A DNA stretch of 64,000 bases. It comes from Octopus sinensis (taxonomy: Eukaryota). Where the stretch lies: positions 143,034,001-143,098,000 of the forward strand of contig NC_042998.1 in NCBI RefSeq assembly GCF_006345805.1, written 5' to 3'. The notes under the pieces are model-generated. The model was not told the DNA's origin. It worked only from the letters and a program-made list of their open reading frames with translations, and made no database searches. The stretch's first letter is position 1. Every line of letters starts with the position of its first letter. Shown here piece by piece: positions 51,176 to 64,000 of this stretch. Position numbers and translations under genes: made by a program.

Positions 51176-51984
51176 CATCAGATAAAATGCTTAGCGGCAT
51201 TTCGTCCATCTTTACATTCAGAGTTCATATTCCACTGAGGCTGACTTTGCCTTTCATCTTTGCAGAATCAGTGAAAAAGTACCAGTTGTGCACTGGGGTC
51301 GATGTCATTGACTTACTCCTCACCTGAATTTACTGGCCTCGTGCTAAAATTTGAAATCATTATTATAACTGGCAGAATTGTTAGCATGCCAGACAATCTG
51401 TCTTCACATACTGAGTTCATATACCGCTGAGGTTGGCTTTGTCTTTCATCCTTTTGAGGTTAATGAAATAGATATTAGTTGAGTACTGGGATCGATGTAA
51501 TTGACTAGACTACTCACCCAAAATGTAATAGAAAGGATTATTATTATTAAGGTGGTGAGCTGGCAGAATTGTTAGCACATCAGACACAATGTGTAGCAGT
51601 ATTTCTTCCAGCTCTTTATATACTGAGCTCAAATCCTGCTGATGTTGAGTTTGCCTTTCATCCTCTTTGGGTTGATAAAAGAAAGGATCAGTCAAGTACT
51701 GGTGTTGATGTAATCATCTAACCCCCAACCTCCTTTTCCCTAAAAAATTGCTGGCCTTGTACCAAAATTTGAAGCCATAAAGTGGTGAACTGGCAGAACT
51801 GTTAATGCGTAGGACAAAATGCTTAGCAGTATTTCTTACAGGGAGTTTAAATGCTGCTGAGGTGAACTTTATCTTTTATCCTTTCAGAGGTGATATGGTG
51901 ATAAAATAAGAACCAGTTTAGCACTGGGGTTGATATAATTGACTTATCCCTCCCTTGAAATTGCTGACCTCATACCAAATTATT

Positions 51985-52030
<46 letters not shown>
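51176..52030 (+). mobile_element. Four tandem family A SINEs between (TTA)n tracts, probably in the JMY 3' UTR
   Basis: Repeated TGGCAGAA...GAGTTCA...CTTTCATCC...ACTGGGGT units starting about 260 bp after the stop codon. Confidence 0.7.
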
Positions 52031-52031
<1 letters not shown>

Positions 52032-52823
52032 GTTACTCTTATAAATCTCTATTGTTTAATCAGAAAGATTTATTTAAAAAAGAAAGAATATTAATAATGC
52101 TGTTGCTGCAATCATGACTGATATCAAGATTTTTAGAATAAATAACTTTTGTTATCTTAGTCGTCATGTTTGTATCACATGACTTGTTAATTATGACCGA
52201 AAACAATGAGTTAAAAACAAGTTATTTTGCATATGATTTTTTTTGTTTATTTTTTTGTTTTTTTCTTTTGTTTTTAAGCTTTTTAGTCCCTTCATCTTGT
52301 TCTGTACAAGGTCTGTTGGTCATTGCTGTCCCCTTTCTTTATGTTTCATTTCCAGAATGTCATAAAAAAAATTCTTTTTTTTACATTTCAAAAGCAGAGG
52401 GTAAAAGATTCAATTGGTTCTCTTTGATTCTTAATCTTACTTCTCATGATTCCTCCTTATATTCTCTCCACCACCACCACCAAATCTACCCCACCCCCAC
52501 CCTACTGTACCTCATTTTAGTGAGGAGGCAAGATTCCATCATCTAGTGCTGTAAAATAATTTAATTCATTCAAGGTATTTCAGCTATATTTATCTTTGAC
52601 CATTGAACTACAGCCATGCTGGAGCACCCATCTTCAATGGTTTTAGTCAAACAAACCAAACCCTAGTACTTATATTTCTTTGTTTTATCTTTTTTTTATT
52701 GTAAGTCTTATACTTATTCTATCGTGCTCTTTTGCCAAGCTGCTAAATTATGGGGACATGAACAAACACTGGTTGTCACGTGTGGTGGTAGTGGTGACAA
52801 ACACACAAAGACACACACATAGA

Positions 52824-52879
<56 letters not shown>

Positions 52880-53692
52880 CGGGCTTCCATACAGTTTCCA
52901 TCTGCCAAATTCACTCACAAGACATCAGTTGGCCTGAGGCTATAATAGAAAGCACTTGTCCAAAGTGCCAGGCATTGGGACTGAACCCCAAATCACCTGG
53001 TTGTAAAGCGAGCTTCTTAACATCACAGCCATACCTGATTTAAAGTATTGAGATCTTTATCTTAAAGATATTAAGATTTCAGTCCCTGAGTAAAGTTCAA
53101 TTGTTAATGTACTTATTACATGTAAAATAGATTTTTGGTTGTTTCTGGAAGTATAGCAGTAAAGGATAAAGAGTAAAGACCCCTTTCGGTCATGAATGAC
53201 CATGGGATTGCACCTAGAAAGTTACCCTCTGAGGCACAAGTCCAGCCCAGGTTGTTTATGTAAGACCAGTTGTTATCCATGTGAACCAACCTCTCCTCTC
53301 CATGCTACCGATGTTATCCAAGGAAAAGGCAAAGGTTGATACAGCTTGGCATCAGTGATGTTGCAACTCATCTCTACAGCTGAGTGAACTGGAGCAACAT
53401 AAAATAAGGTGTTTTGCCCAAGAACACAACACACAGCCTGGTCCAGGTAAAACATTAATATAGAACCAATGACGGAGAGGGGGAGACCTGTAACAAGAGA
53501 CCAGGAAATAATTAATCTTCAAAACAATATGCTATTTTTTTCTCCTGGAGATTTTATCTGTTTATCTGAGATAAATATTAGATAACTACTTCTTAGAACT
53601 CTTTCCATCTTAAATCACAAATCCTTGATATCTTCCAGGTGAAATACAGCAAAATTTGTTTTAGGGTTTGTTTGATATACACACACAAACAT

Positions 53693-53727
<35 letters not shown>

Positions 53728-55639
53728 CAATTATTGTTTTGCTAGAAATCTTTATTTAATGAAGTCATAATAGATTTCATGATATATATGAATACACACA
53801 CACACACACACACACACACACCACACACACACACATACACACACACACACAGAGGTTAGGTGATGCAAATATGATAGTTTAATAAATGCCATAGCATGAA
53901 ACATTTGGTCCTTGAGTCACTTTTTAACTCCTGCCTGTTATATATAGTTATATATATCAAAGAAGTTGAAAATGCATTGGGATTCATTTAGATTTTTATT
54001 TCTACCCATGTGGAATAAAATAATTTTGTTTTATATATATATATATCCACTAAAATTATTTACATCCTTGAAAAAATATTCATCTATAATTTCTTGAAGA
54101 GTACCAACTTCATTCAGTTTTGCCCTGCTGAAAACTTCAACCTTGACCCTCACCCTCACTCCTTCCTAATTTTCAGTCATGCTCTCCCTTCCTGCAGCTA
54201 CAGTATTGTCCCTGCCTCCATTTTCAGTCTTGTCCTTCACTTCCAACATCACCCTTCCCCCTCTCTCCATATTTGTCATCCTCCTTCCTTCATCTTCAGT
54301 CTCCCCCCCACACACACATCACAGCTGACTCAAGTCTGCATCTCCACCATCTCCCCCAGTATTGCAACCACCAACATTTCCACCCAAATCCTGTTATCTC
54401 AGCTGGTTATGGATAACATCATCTCAGCTCTCTCTCTCTTTCTCCTTAAAGAATTGAATAAAACAAAATCTGGAGACAACAAAAACAAAAAAAATAAAAT
54501 GTTCAAAATAATTTAATCTTTTGATAGTTACCAACATATCAGTTGCTTTTTCTGTTCTATCAATGCTTGCTTTGAAACTAAAAAAAACAAACAAAACAAC
54601 AAACAAAAAACCCAAATATTTATATACACTCTGTTTTAGTTATAAAGTTTATTAAGTCTCATCCTACCTTATATTTTGTTCTTATATATAAAACTGGCAA
54701 GACTTTTTTTAAATATATATATGACAGTTATTAAATATTATAATTTATTACATTATAATTTCAAACTGTGAAACTTCTGCGAGTTATATTCATGAAACTA
54801 ATGAAATTTCGTGTTTTTCATTTTTGCTACATTTATCTTATTAATTTATTTCACCAATGTGATATACATGAATACATATGTATGTTTGTTTGCTTGTGTG
54901 TGTGCCTGTGCAAGCATGTAAATATGTTTATAATATTTAATGTGTGTGTCTATGTGCATGTATGTGTGTGTGCATTTTTATAATTTATTGCATATGTTTT
55001 CTTTTTTTTTTTGTTTTGTTTATAATTGAAAATCAATAATTATTAATTATATGTTTGTGTGTTAATTATCCTGGGTTTGGTTATTTATTGTTGAAGTAAG
55101 GCAGTGAGTTGGCAGAATCATTAGTGAGTTGGACAAAGTGCTTAGCTGTATATTTTCTGGCTTTTTACGTTTCTGAGCTTAAATCTTGCCATGGTCAATT
55201 TTGCCTTTCATTCTTTAGGGGCCGAACAAATAAAATACTAATCAAGCCTTGGGGTCGATGTAACTGACTAACTTCCCTTTCTCAAATTTCAGGCATTGCA
55301 CCTGTATTAAAAAGGCTTATTTGTTGTTGAAGTGCAATGAAATGGAGAGGTTATTAATTTATTGATAAAGTTTTTGTCAACAAAACATACAACTTTGAAT
55401 TGAAAATGATAGCAGTCAAACTGGGCATTTTTTAAAAAGGAATCTATTAGTGAGGTCCTACTCTTTTAGTACTTTTAATGGTGAATAATTATTTAAGGTG
55501 AGAAGGAGCAATCGTTTGATGAAAAATAGTATAGATTTAGAGTAGAAAGGGAGAAGAATCCTTGTATCATTCCTGATATTTAAGGATGTCGTTTACAACC
55601 ATCATGATGAGAACTACTTAGTTTTGTTCCTCTCAAAAA

Positions 55640-57420
55640 GAAACATGATCTGATTTTCAAGTATATATTTTGGGTTTCTTTAAGGATCATTGTGTGACCT
55701 TCAGACAATATTTATTTATTTTTTGATCAAATGTTGAATATGGTCTCGTTATAGAAAAGCTACTCTTTGATTTAAAATTCAAACTTCCAATCCCACCTGA
55801 ATTAACCTAGAAGTGATTGTCTCTTTTATGATAGTTGGCTGCCAGGGTGCACTGTGTCCATTGACACTTATAGTTTATTACTATCGATAAAAATGATCAA
55901 ATGAGCTGAAACACTAATATAGTTAATATAACCATAAATGTTATTTCTAAAACATTGATTTTGGCTCAGTAGTTTAATATTTTACCAGAGAACCACATAG
56001 TTTTCAGTGATGCCTTTTTGTCATTAAGATCAATATCTGGTTGCATATAGTTAAAAAAATAATGAAATATCCAGGGAATCACTGTCCTAACTGAAACACT
56101 AGTTCCTAATAAGCTAACTATCTTACTTACAAAATTCCAACACATAGCTAGTGCCATCAGAAAATCTTATGCTATAAATAGTTTTATACATAATTAGTTT
56201 TCTGTATTGGCTGATGTTACAGACGTTGAAGTTGAATGTTTCATGTTAGTTAGTTAATTAATTAGTTAGATGGTGGGTCAAGAAATTCTCAACATTGCTG
56301 ACATGCATCTTCCTTTCCTCTCTATAATCGATACTGTTTTGTATGCTCTTGAACAATTGGTTGATGTAGTGTTTTGCTGGTCTACCTCTTTCCTGTTTAT
56401 TATGAATAGGTTGCCGCTGAAGAACTTCAGCCGCTAACCCCACTTTTTGACACCAACTGTGCCCAATAAATCTCAGCCTGTGCTTTCATATTGTCTCTGT
56501 GATATAGGAGATATCTTGGTATAGTTCTTTATTAGTCATGTGTTGATACCATGAGATATTTAAAGCAGCACAGACCATTCTGTGCATGTGCCATTTAGTG
56601 TTTTCTTCATGGGAATTGTAAGTCAGATGGTGAGGTGATCTTGTGTTAGATGATGAAAGGTTAGAGTGTGACAGAGACAGAAACAGATGTCTTGCTGTAG
56701 GAAAAGTACATGGTTACACAACCAGAGAGAGAGAGAGAGAGTTAACAAGAAAGAGAGTAGAAACAAATGTCCATAAGAAATTTATTTTAGTTTTTCACAA
56801 AATATTTGATTTTCATATCTTATCCAGACAGTTAAGCATTCCCCATGCTTTACTAATCCTGATTTCAATATCACTCTTTGATTCAAAGATATAATGTTCA
56901 AGGTTTTGTAGTTTTCTACTTTTTTGATTTTTTCTCTATTTTAAGAGTGTAAGCTTTCAGTTCCATCTTGGTTGTGGTGGACTTGCTCACTGCTTTGATG
57001 AATGCTTTGATAAATGAAGGTTCAGTAAGATACAGCTAAAATGGTCATCACCCTATGGCCATCTGTGTTCTGGGTCAAAACTGAACATTTCCAGTAGCAT
57101 CCTCTACCTGTCTCCATAATCTTTTTCTCCATCACATCTGGACTTATGAAGAAAGTGTGATGGTATTGGTGCTGGTGTCTTGGTTTGCTGAACGACCTGC
57201 ACAGTAGGTCTTTATTATGGTGAGCATTGGTTTCTGCAAATCCAACCTCCACTCTCTTGTCCTTCAAACCTGTATTGGCTTGATGCAACAAGTTCCACAA
57301 GCCCAGTAGTTGCCAGGATGTAGGATTTGTATGGAACAACTAAAGACCTAATGGGCCTCATTTTGGTTGTAAATCATGAAATATCTATCAACTCTAGATT
57401 TTGGAGTACTTGATGTCCTT
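55640..57420 (-). mobile_element. Degenerate LINE fragments (RTE-like)
   Basis: Minus-strand RLRFIGHSW...RGRPAKHYINQL at about 56350-56480 resembles RTE-clade C-termini. The rest is heavily decayed and boundaries are approximate. Confidence 0.4.
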
Positions 57421-57890
57421 GAATATATTTATGTAAACTCATTCCTATATTCTAAACCTATCTTGTTTTAGAATAACAGTCTTATTTAGTTGGATATTTG
57501 CTTGAAAATTTTTTAGCAATATTAATATTTTGCAATGTCTTAAATTTTGAATATTTTATTTCTTGTTTATATTATTTTATATTTTTTCATTCTTTATTCT
57601 GAAGGATGGTCAGTCGTTAATTTGTTTAATTTTTATATATTCACTGCAATAGGTTTTGTCATTAAGTTTCATGTTGCTCCAGATTAGGGAATTTTTGAGA
57701 TAAACACACAATGCATTGGAACAATAACTATGCACTTTGGGCTGTAACCAATGCATGCAAGTCAAATAAAAGATTGTATGTTTTTATATTTAAAATGGCC
57801 ATAATGCATACACAAACACACATACACATGCACACACATGCATGCGCACGAATACATGCATACATACATATGTATATGTGCATGTGTGTG

Positions 57891-57924
<34 letters not shown>

Positions 57925-57939
57925 ATCATTATATATATA

Positions 57940-58579
57940 TATATATAATGTATGTGTGTGCATGTGCATATGTATGTATGTATGTATATATATATATGTC
58001 ATCATCATCATCATCATCATCATTTAACGTCCGCTTTCCATGCTAGCATGGGTTGGACGGTTCAACTGGGGTCTGGGGAGCCCGAAAGCTGCACCAGTCC
58101 AGTCAGATCTGGCAGTGTTTCTACAGCTGGATGCCCTTCCTATATATATGTATGTATTTATATATATATGTATGTATGTATGTATGTTTTTATTTATATA
58201 TATATATGTATGTATGTATGTATTTATATATATATGTATGTATTTATATATATGTATGTATGTATATATATATATATATAATGTATGTGTGTGCATGTGC
58301 ATATGTATGTATGTATGTATATATATATGTCATCATCATCATCATCATCATCATTTAACGTCCGCTTTCCATGCTAGCATGGGTTGGACGGTTCAACTGG
58401 GGTCTGGGGAGCCCGAAAGCTGCACCAGTCCAGTCAGATCTGGCAGTGTTTCTACAGCTGGATGCCCTTCCTATATATATGTATGTATGTATGTTTTTAT
58501 TTATATATATATGTATGTATATATATATATATATGTATGTATGTATTTATATATATGTATGTATTTATATATATGTATG

Positions 58580-58600
<21 letters not shown>
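57940..58600. repeat. Tandem duplication with a 331-bp period (family C tail + TATG/TA microsatellite)
   Basis: The non-microsatellite parts, 58021-58140 and 58352-58471, are identical by eye. Confidence 0.9.
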
Positions 58601-58611
<11 letters not shown>

Positions 58612-58764
58612 AGCACAATTAAAGGTTACAAACCTCATTCAGGGATAGCAAAATCCTATGAAAGCACTGGTTAATTACCTATACAAAGTATGTTGAACAT
58701 CATATTTAATACTCCACTGCAAGGTAACTATATAAACTGTGGTTTATATATATATTTTATTTAT

Positions 58765-59097
58765 TATAATAATAAGATGAGAGAATAGTAAAGTAGTTAA
58801 TAAATTATTATTTATCAATTAAAAAATTGACAAACATCCCTTACAGCTGTTTTAATTCACGCTCTCAGAAAATTAATTAATTAAATTAAAAATTATTTGA
58901 AAGCTGAATCTCTTCAGAGGTAGATAAAGGTATACAAAGTAGGCATTCAGTTTCCTCATATTGAGTAAACAGCTGAGGAAATTGAACACCTACTTTGTAA
59001 ACCTTTATCTGCCTCTAAAGAGATTCGACTTTCAATTAATTTTTAATTTAATTAATTAATAAATATTGATTTATTAATTACCTTTCTATTCTCTCAT

Positions 59098-59103
<6 letters not shown>
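58765..59103. mobile_element. Fold-back element with a degenerate hammerhead (minus strand, 58838-58920)
   Basis: Inner arms 58872-58958 and 58974-59058, plus outer inverted repeats at about 58770-58815 and 59059-59103. Minus strand reads CCT-CTGAAGA-GATTCAGCTTTCA...TGAGAGCGTGAATT-AAA-ACAGCTGT-A-AGG, with G12 mutated. Confidence 0.7.
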
Positions 59104-59139
<36 letters not shown>

Positions 59140-60042
59140 TCAATGTGGTGCTATATTACTAAAGGAACTTGTTACCCTTCAAGCAAGGGGATGGAAAAGA
59201 TGATGATGATTGGCTCAAAACATTTGCCATAGAACTAAATTATAATCAGCCACATTTTGTAAATTAAGTTTCTAAAATTTCTTTCTTTTTTATTTTTTTC
59301 ATTTTTTGCAATTGTTGAGATGAAAACAATACCAAACAGAAACAACTCTAGATCTTGGTTATACTGTCATAAATTTGAGTTAATTAATTCTAATTAAAAA
59401 GTTTTAATCTTTATTATTTACTTCAATAAATCTTTTTATATGCAGAATAATGTCGTGCTTTTACAAAGCTTGATCTTTTCTTGGAGAGAACGTGACAATG
59501 TTTCCCTCATGGTCCCCCTGCCCTCACCTCTCTCAGTATCCTTTTCCTTTGCTAGTTCTATTCAAGATTATTTCATTAAGCTTTATCAGCATTAGTTTTT
59601 CTATTATATATTTTTTGTTTTATACAATCAACCATACAGACTTATTCAATGCTGTTTTATTTTTCAATGTCCTCCAGTAAGAGGCCAGTATTAATATATT
59701 AGGTTTCATAAGCATTCTGTTATCATTTATCTGTTGGTGTTCTTGCCAATAAAAATCAATATGATTTAGAAGTGTGTGATGGTAAGTTTAAAATCTCAGT
59801 GTGTTCCTCCATTTTTAGTTGAGATTCCAATTCTGATGAACGTCTACAAATATTCCACATTTGCTAACATTCATTTCATTTGTTTTAAAAATATAATCAA
59901 AGATGTCACCTGACATTTCTTTGTATTGGAAAGATTGCTGTTAACTTCCCATATTGGAAAAATATGTATCTGTTTGTTTTATTTTGAAATATATTTATTT
60001 GCTATATATATATGTGTGTGCAAGTATAAATTATGCATGATG

Positions 60043-60360
60043 GCACATGGCCCAGTGGTTAGGATGTTGGGTTCATGATCATAAAGTTGTGGGTTCAGTT
60101 CCTGGTTTGGGCAGTGCCTATCTTGGAACAAAGTACATCATTTCATGTCGTTCCAGTTTACTCAGCTATAAATGAATACCAGTCATTTCTAGTGCAACCC
60201 TCTCTCCTTCCAGCTGTTACATCTTCTATGTTATGCTGGGCCAAGGGTGGGAGATCTGAGAGGGTGTCTACATCTGCTCACAACTTAATAGGCACCTAAG
60301 TCAATTAGCTGAAGCATGATACATGTTACCAAGTCATACTCACTTGCAAGTGGCGACTAT
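60043..60360 (+). mobile_element. tRNA-derived CORE-like SINE, family D
   Basis: TGGCCCAGTGGTTAGG...GGGTTCAGTTCCTGG...TCTTGGAACAAAGTAC...GTTCCAGTTTACTCAGCT. Related minus-strand copies at about 43200-43445, 45000-45250, 50220-50460 and 53175-53450. Confidence 0.55.
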
Positions 60361-62761
60361 GGTTGGTTTTGATGATTTATATGTTTGCTTGTGTGTATGT
60401 GTGTTTTATATGTGTCTGCTTGCGTGAATCCAAATGTTTCTACATTTCAGCGATGCTGCTTTTTGTCTTCCCAAGTTTTCCTTTGCCATTTTGTTCGACT
60501 CAGTTTACCTTTTGTTCATTTGTTGCATTACTCAAAATTTACACAGTTTATTCATGCAAATTGTAATTAAAGCTCTATCAATCAATTTTGTAGCAACTAA
60601 TGATCTGGTACCTCTTTTAATCTGGACAATTATGTGATAACATTTAAATTTCCTGCAACCATTATTAATAGCTTTTTCCACTACCAAGCCTTCACAGCCT
60701 ACATTCTTCCTACACCCTAACTAGTACAGCAAACTTACTAACCTCCTAAGCAGAATGAGATGATTTGGCATGGCTGACTGGATATTCAGCCTGTTTTGGT
60801 GGCAATACTTTTTAGCACTGGAGGCAAATGCTCTCTCATACACACACGTGCCTGCAGAAATATACACATATAGATAGAAAGAGTGAGAGAGACATTACAA
60901 TTTATTCATTGAACATAACTGACTTGAACACTTTCCCTCTCCTCCTACACAGACAAGGAAATATGTTCATACAAATAAGGGGAAATAGAGAGGGAGAGAA
61001 TGATATAAACTTTAAAATGAGTGAAACATTAAAATATATGATGTCAAATCAGCATTGAATGAGTAGCATGGAATTGGTGACACCAAAGTGGCTGTACCAA
61101 AACATCTCGTACCCCATCCTAAGACATTGTCTGTGAAGAGAAAGTTAATTGATAACATGCCTTCATGGCAGAGAATATTGTTTCTCAGTGTGAAAGAAGA
61201 AAAGATAATGTATACCCTACACAATTATGTTCCAGTGAGGCCCTTGAGGTTAGGAGGTTAGCATGTGGCAGTAGAGTTGGTTTTAAGTATTTGAGCTTCA
61301 TTTTATTATAGTTGTGAGGGCTGGAAGAATGTTTTTAATTTAAATACAGATTTCTAGTGAATAAAAGAGTATCGTGAAGGTTTAGCAGTGAAAAGTTACA
61401 AAATAATGTGGCTGCAATCTTCTAAGATTTTACTCAGAATTATTCTCACATGATCACTTTTTTTATCTGACTGAATGTATTGTCCAGCACTGTCTGGAAC
61501 CAAAGATGCCATAAAAATTGATGCTGAATCCGTACAACAAGTTTGAAAAGCATGTTCATAGTTTCTAAACAAAAAGGTTTATTCATATAAACTATCTGAT
61601 ATCTCTGAAAGAACATGGTTCACTTTCAAAGGTTATATTACACCTAACTATGTCTGCACTTGTACACGCTGCACTTTTAAAAACAAAAATGTCCACCATC
61701 TTGGTGTAATCCAGTAATCTGCAAATATTTAATTAAACTGGATTAATGTTAGTGTGTATTTCTATTTCATGCTTTTTCTTTCTTTCTTTTTTAATTACCT
61801 GATAGTAAATGATTAAGAGATTAGTTTATCTGATAGATTATCCAGCAGAAGAGAATTATAATACTTGTAAATTATATCATGACTAGAATGTTACCCTTCA
61901 TGTGGATGGGTAATGTTGGGAGTATATTTTTGCCGCTTTGGGTAATATCAGGAAGTATGGTATACATACAATAATTATAATTTAACCTTTTTTTATCAAA
62001 TTTCTTGATGAAATTAATACTAATTTTCTAAAAAAATATTTATTACCTTAAAATAAAATTAACTAAAAGAATTTCTCATTTGTATAACTCTTCCCGTAAC
62101 TTCTCTGTCAGTTACTCCCTCTCCTCCTCCTCTGTCTTTGTGTCTTTTTTTCTCCACTCATCATGCACCTTCTATGTGAACTCTCTCTATATATCTCTTT
62201 CTTATTCTCTCTCCCCCTCTCTCTATATGATGTAAAGCGTGACTGAAGAAATCAACCAACCAACTTATATATTGGCTATTATTGTATAGAAATATTTTGA
62301 TATTTAAATTGATATCAGTGAGCTGAGTCTCCATTAATTTTTTTTTTTTTTGAGATATTAAATAAAAATTTTATTTCATTTTATTTTTTTAGTTAACTCT
62401 TGTTTTAAAATTTTTAAAATGATGATTAAAACTGACATATCTTCATATACCAAACACAAGGATGGAAATAAAATTAAAAACATTTTGAACAGTTTCTTTT
62501 TTTTTATTTCAAAATTTGAAAGTCTGATTTTAAATGTAAATAAAATAAAATTGAAATGATAATGGCAATTCAAATTGATTCATAAAACACAAAGAAATTA
62601 TTTTATTATTGAATTCTCGATTTATCAAATTTAATTTCAGTTTTCAAAATCTAATTATGTAAAATAGCTTTCATACCTCCTCCATCACCCCTACCAATTT
62701 TATTTATGTAAACATCTGTTTGTCAATTGTGAATATCAACCCTTTACACACACACACACAT

Positions 62762-62817
<56 letters not shown>

Positions 62818-63120
62818 CCATTACCCACACACATGCACCTACACACAAACCCACACATATACGCCTACGCCTACATGCACCTGCTTAATATAAGCAACAT
62901 TATCTCAGAATTTTATCACTAAAAGCCTAAATTCCACAGAGATAGTAAGCTATTTCCTGAAATAAAGATGGTTGTGTGTAAAGGAAACAGTTATATGTTC
63001 AAGAATTAACAGAAAAAAGAATAAAATATTATTTTGTTTGCAAAATTGTTGATGTGAACTCATGTGTTGAATCAGATTTTGTTGTATCTGGGGAGGGTCA
63101 TTACGTCAACAATAAACACA

Positions 63121-63355
63121 TGGCAGCGAGCTGGCAGAACTGTTAGCAGCCGGGCAAAATGCGTTGCCATATTTTGTCTGCTGTTATGTTCTGAGTTCAA
63201 ATTCCGCCGAGGTTGACTTTGCCTTTCATCCTTTCAGGGTCGATAAATTAAGTACCAGTTACGCACTGGGGTCGATGTAATCGACTTAATCCGTTTGTCT
63301 GTCCTTGTTTGTCCCGTCTATGTTTAGCCCCTTGTGGGTAATAAAGAAACAAATA
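63121..63355 (+). mobile_element. Well-preserved family A SINE
   Basis: TGGCAGAACTGTTAGC...GAGTTCAAATTCCGCC-GAGGTTGACTTTGCCTTTCATCCTTTCAGGGTCGATAAATTAAGTACCAG (Nin-domain-like by recollection). AATAAACACAT(G) flanks both sides as a probable TSD. Close copy at 20496-20710. Confidence 0.8.
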
Positions 63356-64000
63356 AACACATGCATTGGTTCAGTTTCACTTTTTAATTATTTGTTAATA
63401 AACTAATCAACTGTTTGATCAATCATTCAATCAATCGGTTTATCAGCTAGGCTTGTCAGTGTCCTTTTGTTGCCATTCACAACCTTTTCAAGGATGATAT
63501 TCCCTCCATGTTAACTTAAGATATGTCTGTCTGAACCTTTGTTTTTTTAGGCTTTTTTTACTTTTAAGTAGTTGTATGGATATGAGTGGGATTCATTCTT
63601 AAGATATTCAGCTTATTACAGTGGTAATCCATTCTTGGCGGGTTGGTGCAGAATTAGTAGTCTGACTTCCTCTAACTTAGTTTCTATAACACCAGGTGAA
63701 GCTGTTAGTACACTAGCTTTGGCGTGTCTCGAATATCAGCATTAGTTGTGATATTCATCATCTCTCTTCGGTAACTCAAACAAACATTTTAGCTCGGTAC
63801 TGCAAGCTAACTAAACATGCATTAGATGTGCAGTGCTGCTTGTTTACAGTGATTAGCCTTAACTTCCCATGGCATCTGTTTTATTCTTAGAAGACTAAAT
63901 TATTAAAAATTAAGTGACTCTGTCAGTGACAGAATACAAATTATTCATGACCTTAACCCTTTTGTTACCATATTTGTTTTGAAATACACCCTTATTTCAA

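Noticed and set aside
57711-58674. Multiple overlapping Y/I/M/C/V-rich ORFs (also at 18318-18658, 3241-3585 and 17639-18115)
   Set aside because: Translations of TA/TG/TAA microsatellites.

Overview
AT-rich, microsatellite- and SINE-dense animal genomic DNA; the repeat landscape suggests an octopus/cephalopod, which is an inference. One host protein-coding gene lies on the + strand: a JMY/WHAMM-family actin nucleation-promoting factor. I reconstructed 9 phase-compatible coding exons (33410-50915, 2496 nt, 831 aa), including one GC-AG intron, and the C-terminal acidic tail lacks the usual Trp. The rest is transposon debris: a Penelope-like retroelement (RT + GIY-YIG, inverted pLTR), two mariners, one Tc1, LINE fragments, Helitron/Helentron-like elements, MITEs and many SINEs. 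The main unannotated signal is a set of at least six sequence-unrelated short elements, mostly fold-back or partial-tandem, carrying type I hammerhead ribozyme motifs, usually with a minimal palindromic stem III. One near-perfect 279-bp palindrome carries, on both strands, a hammerhead with a swapped G3-C8 core pair that CUGANGA-based searches would miss. All ribozyme calls are by-eye structural matches and untested.
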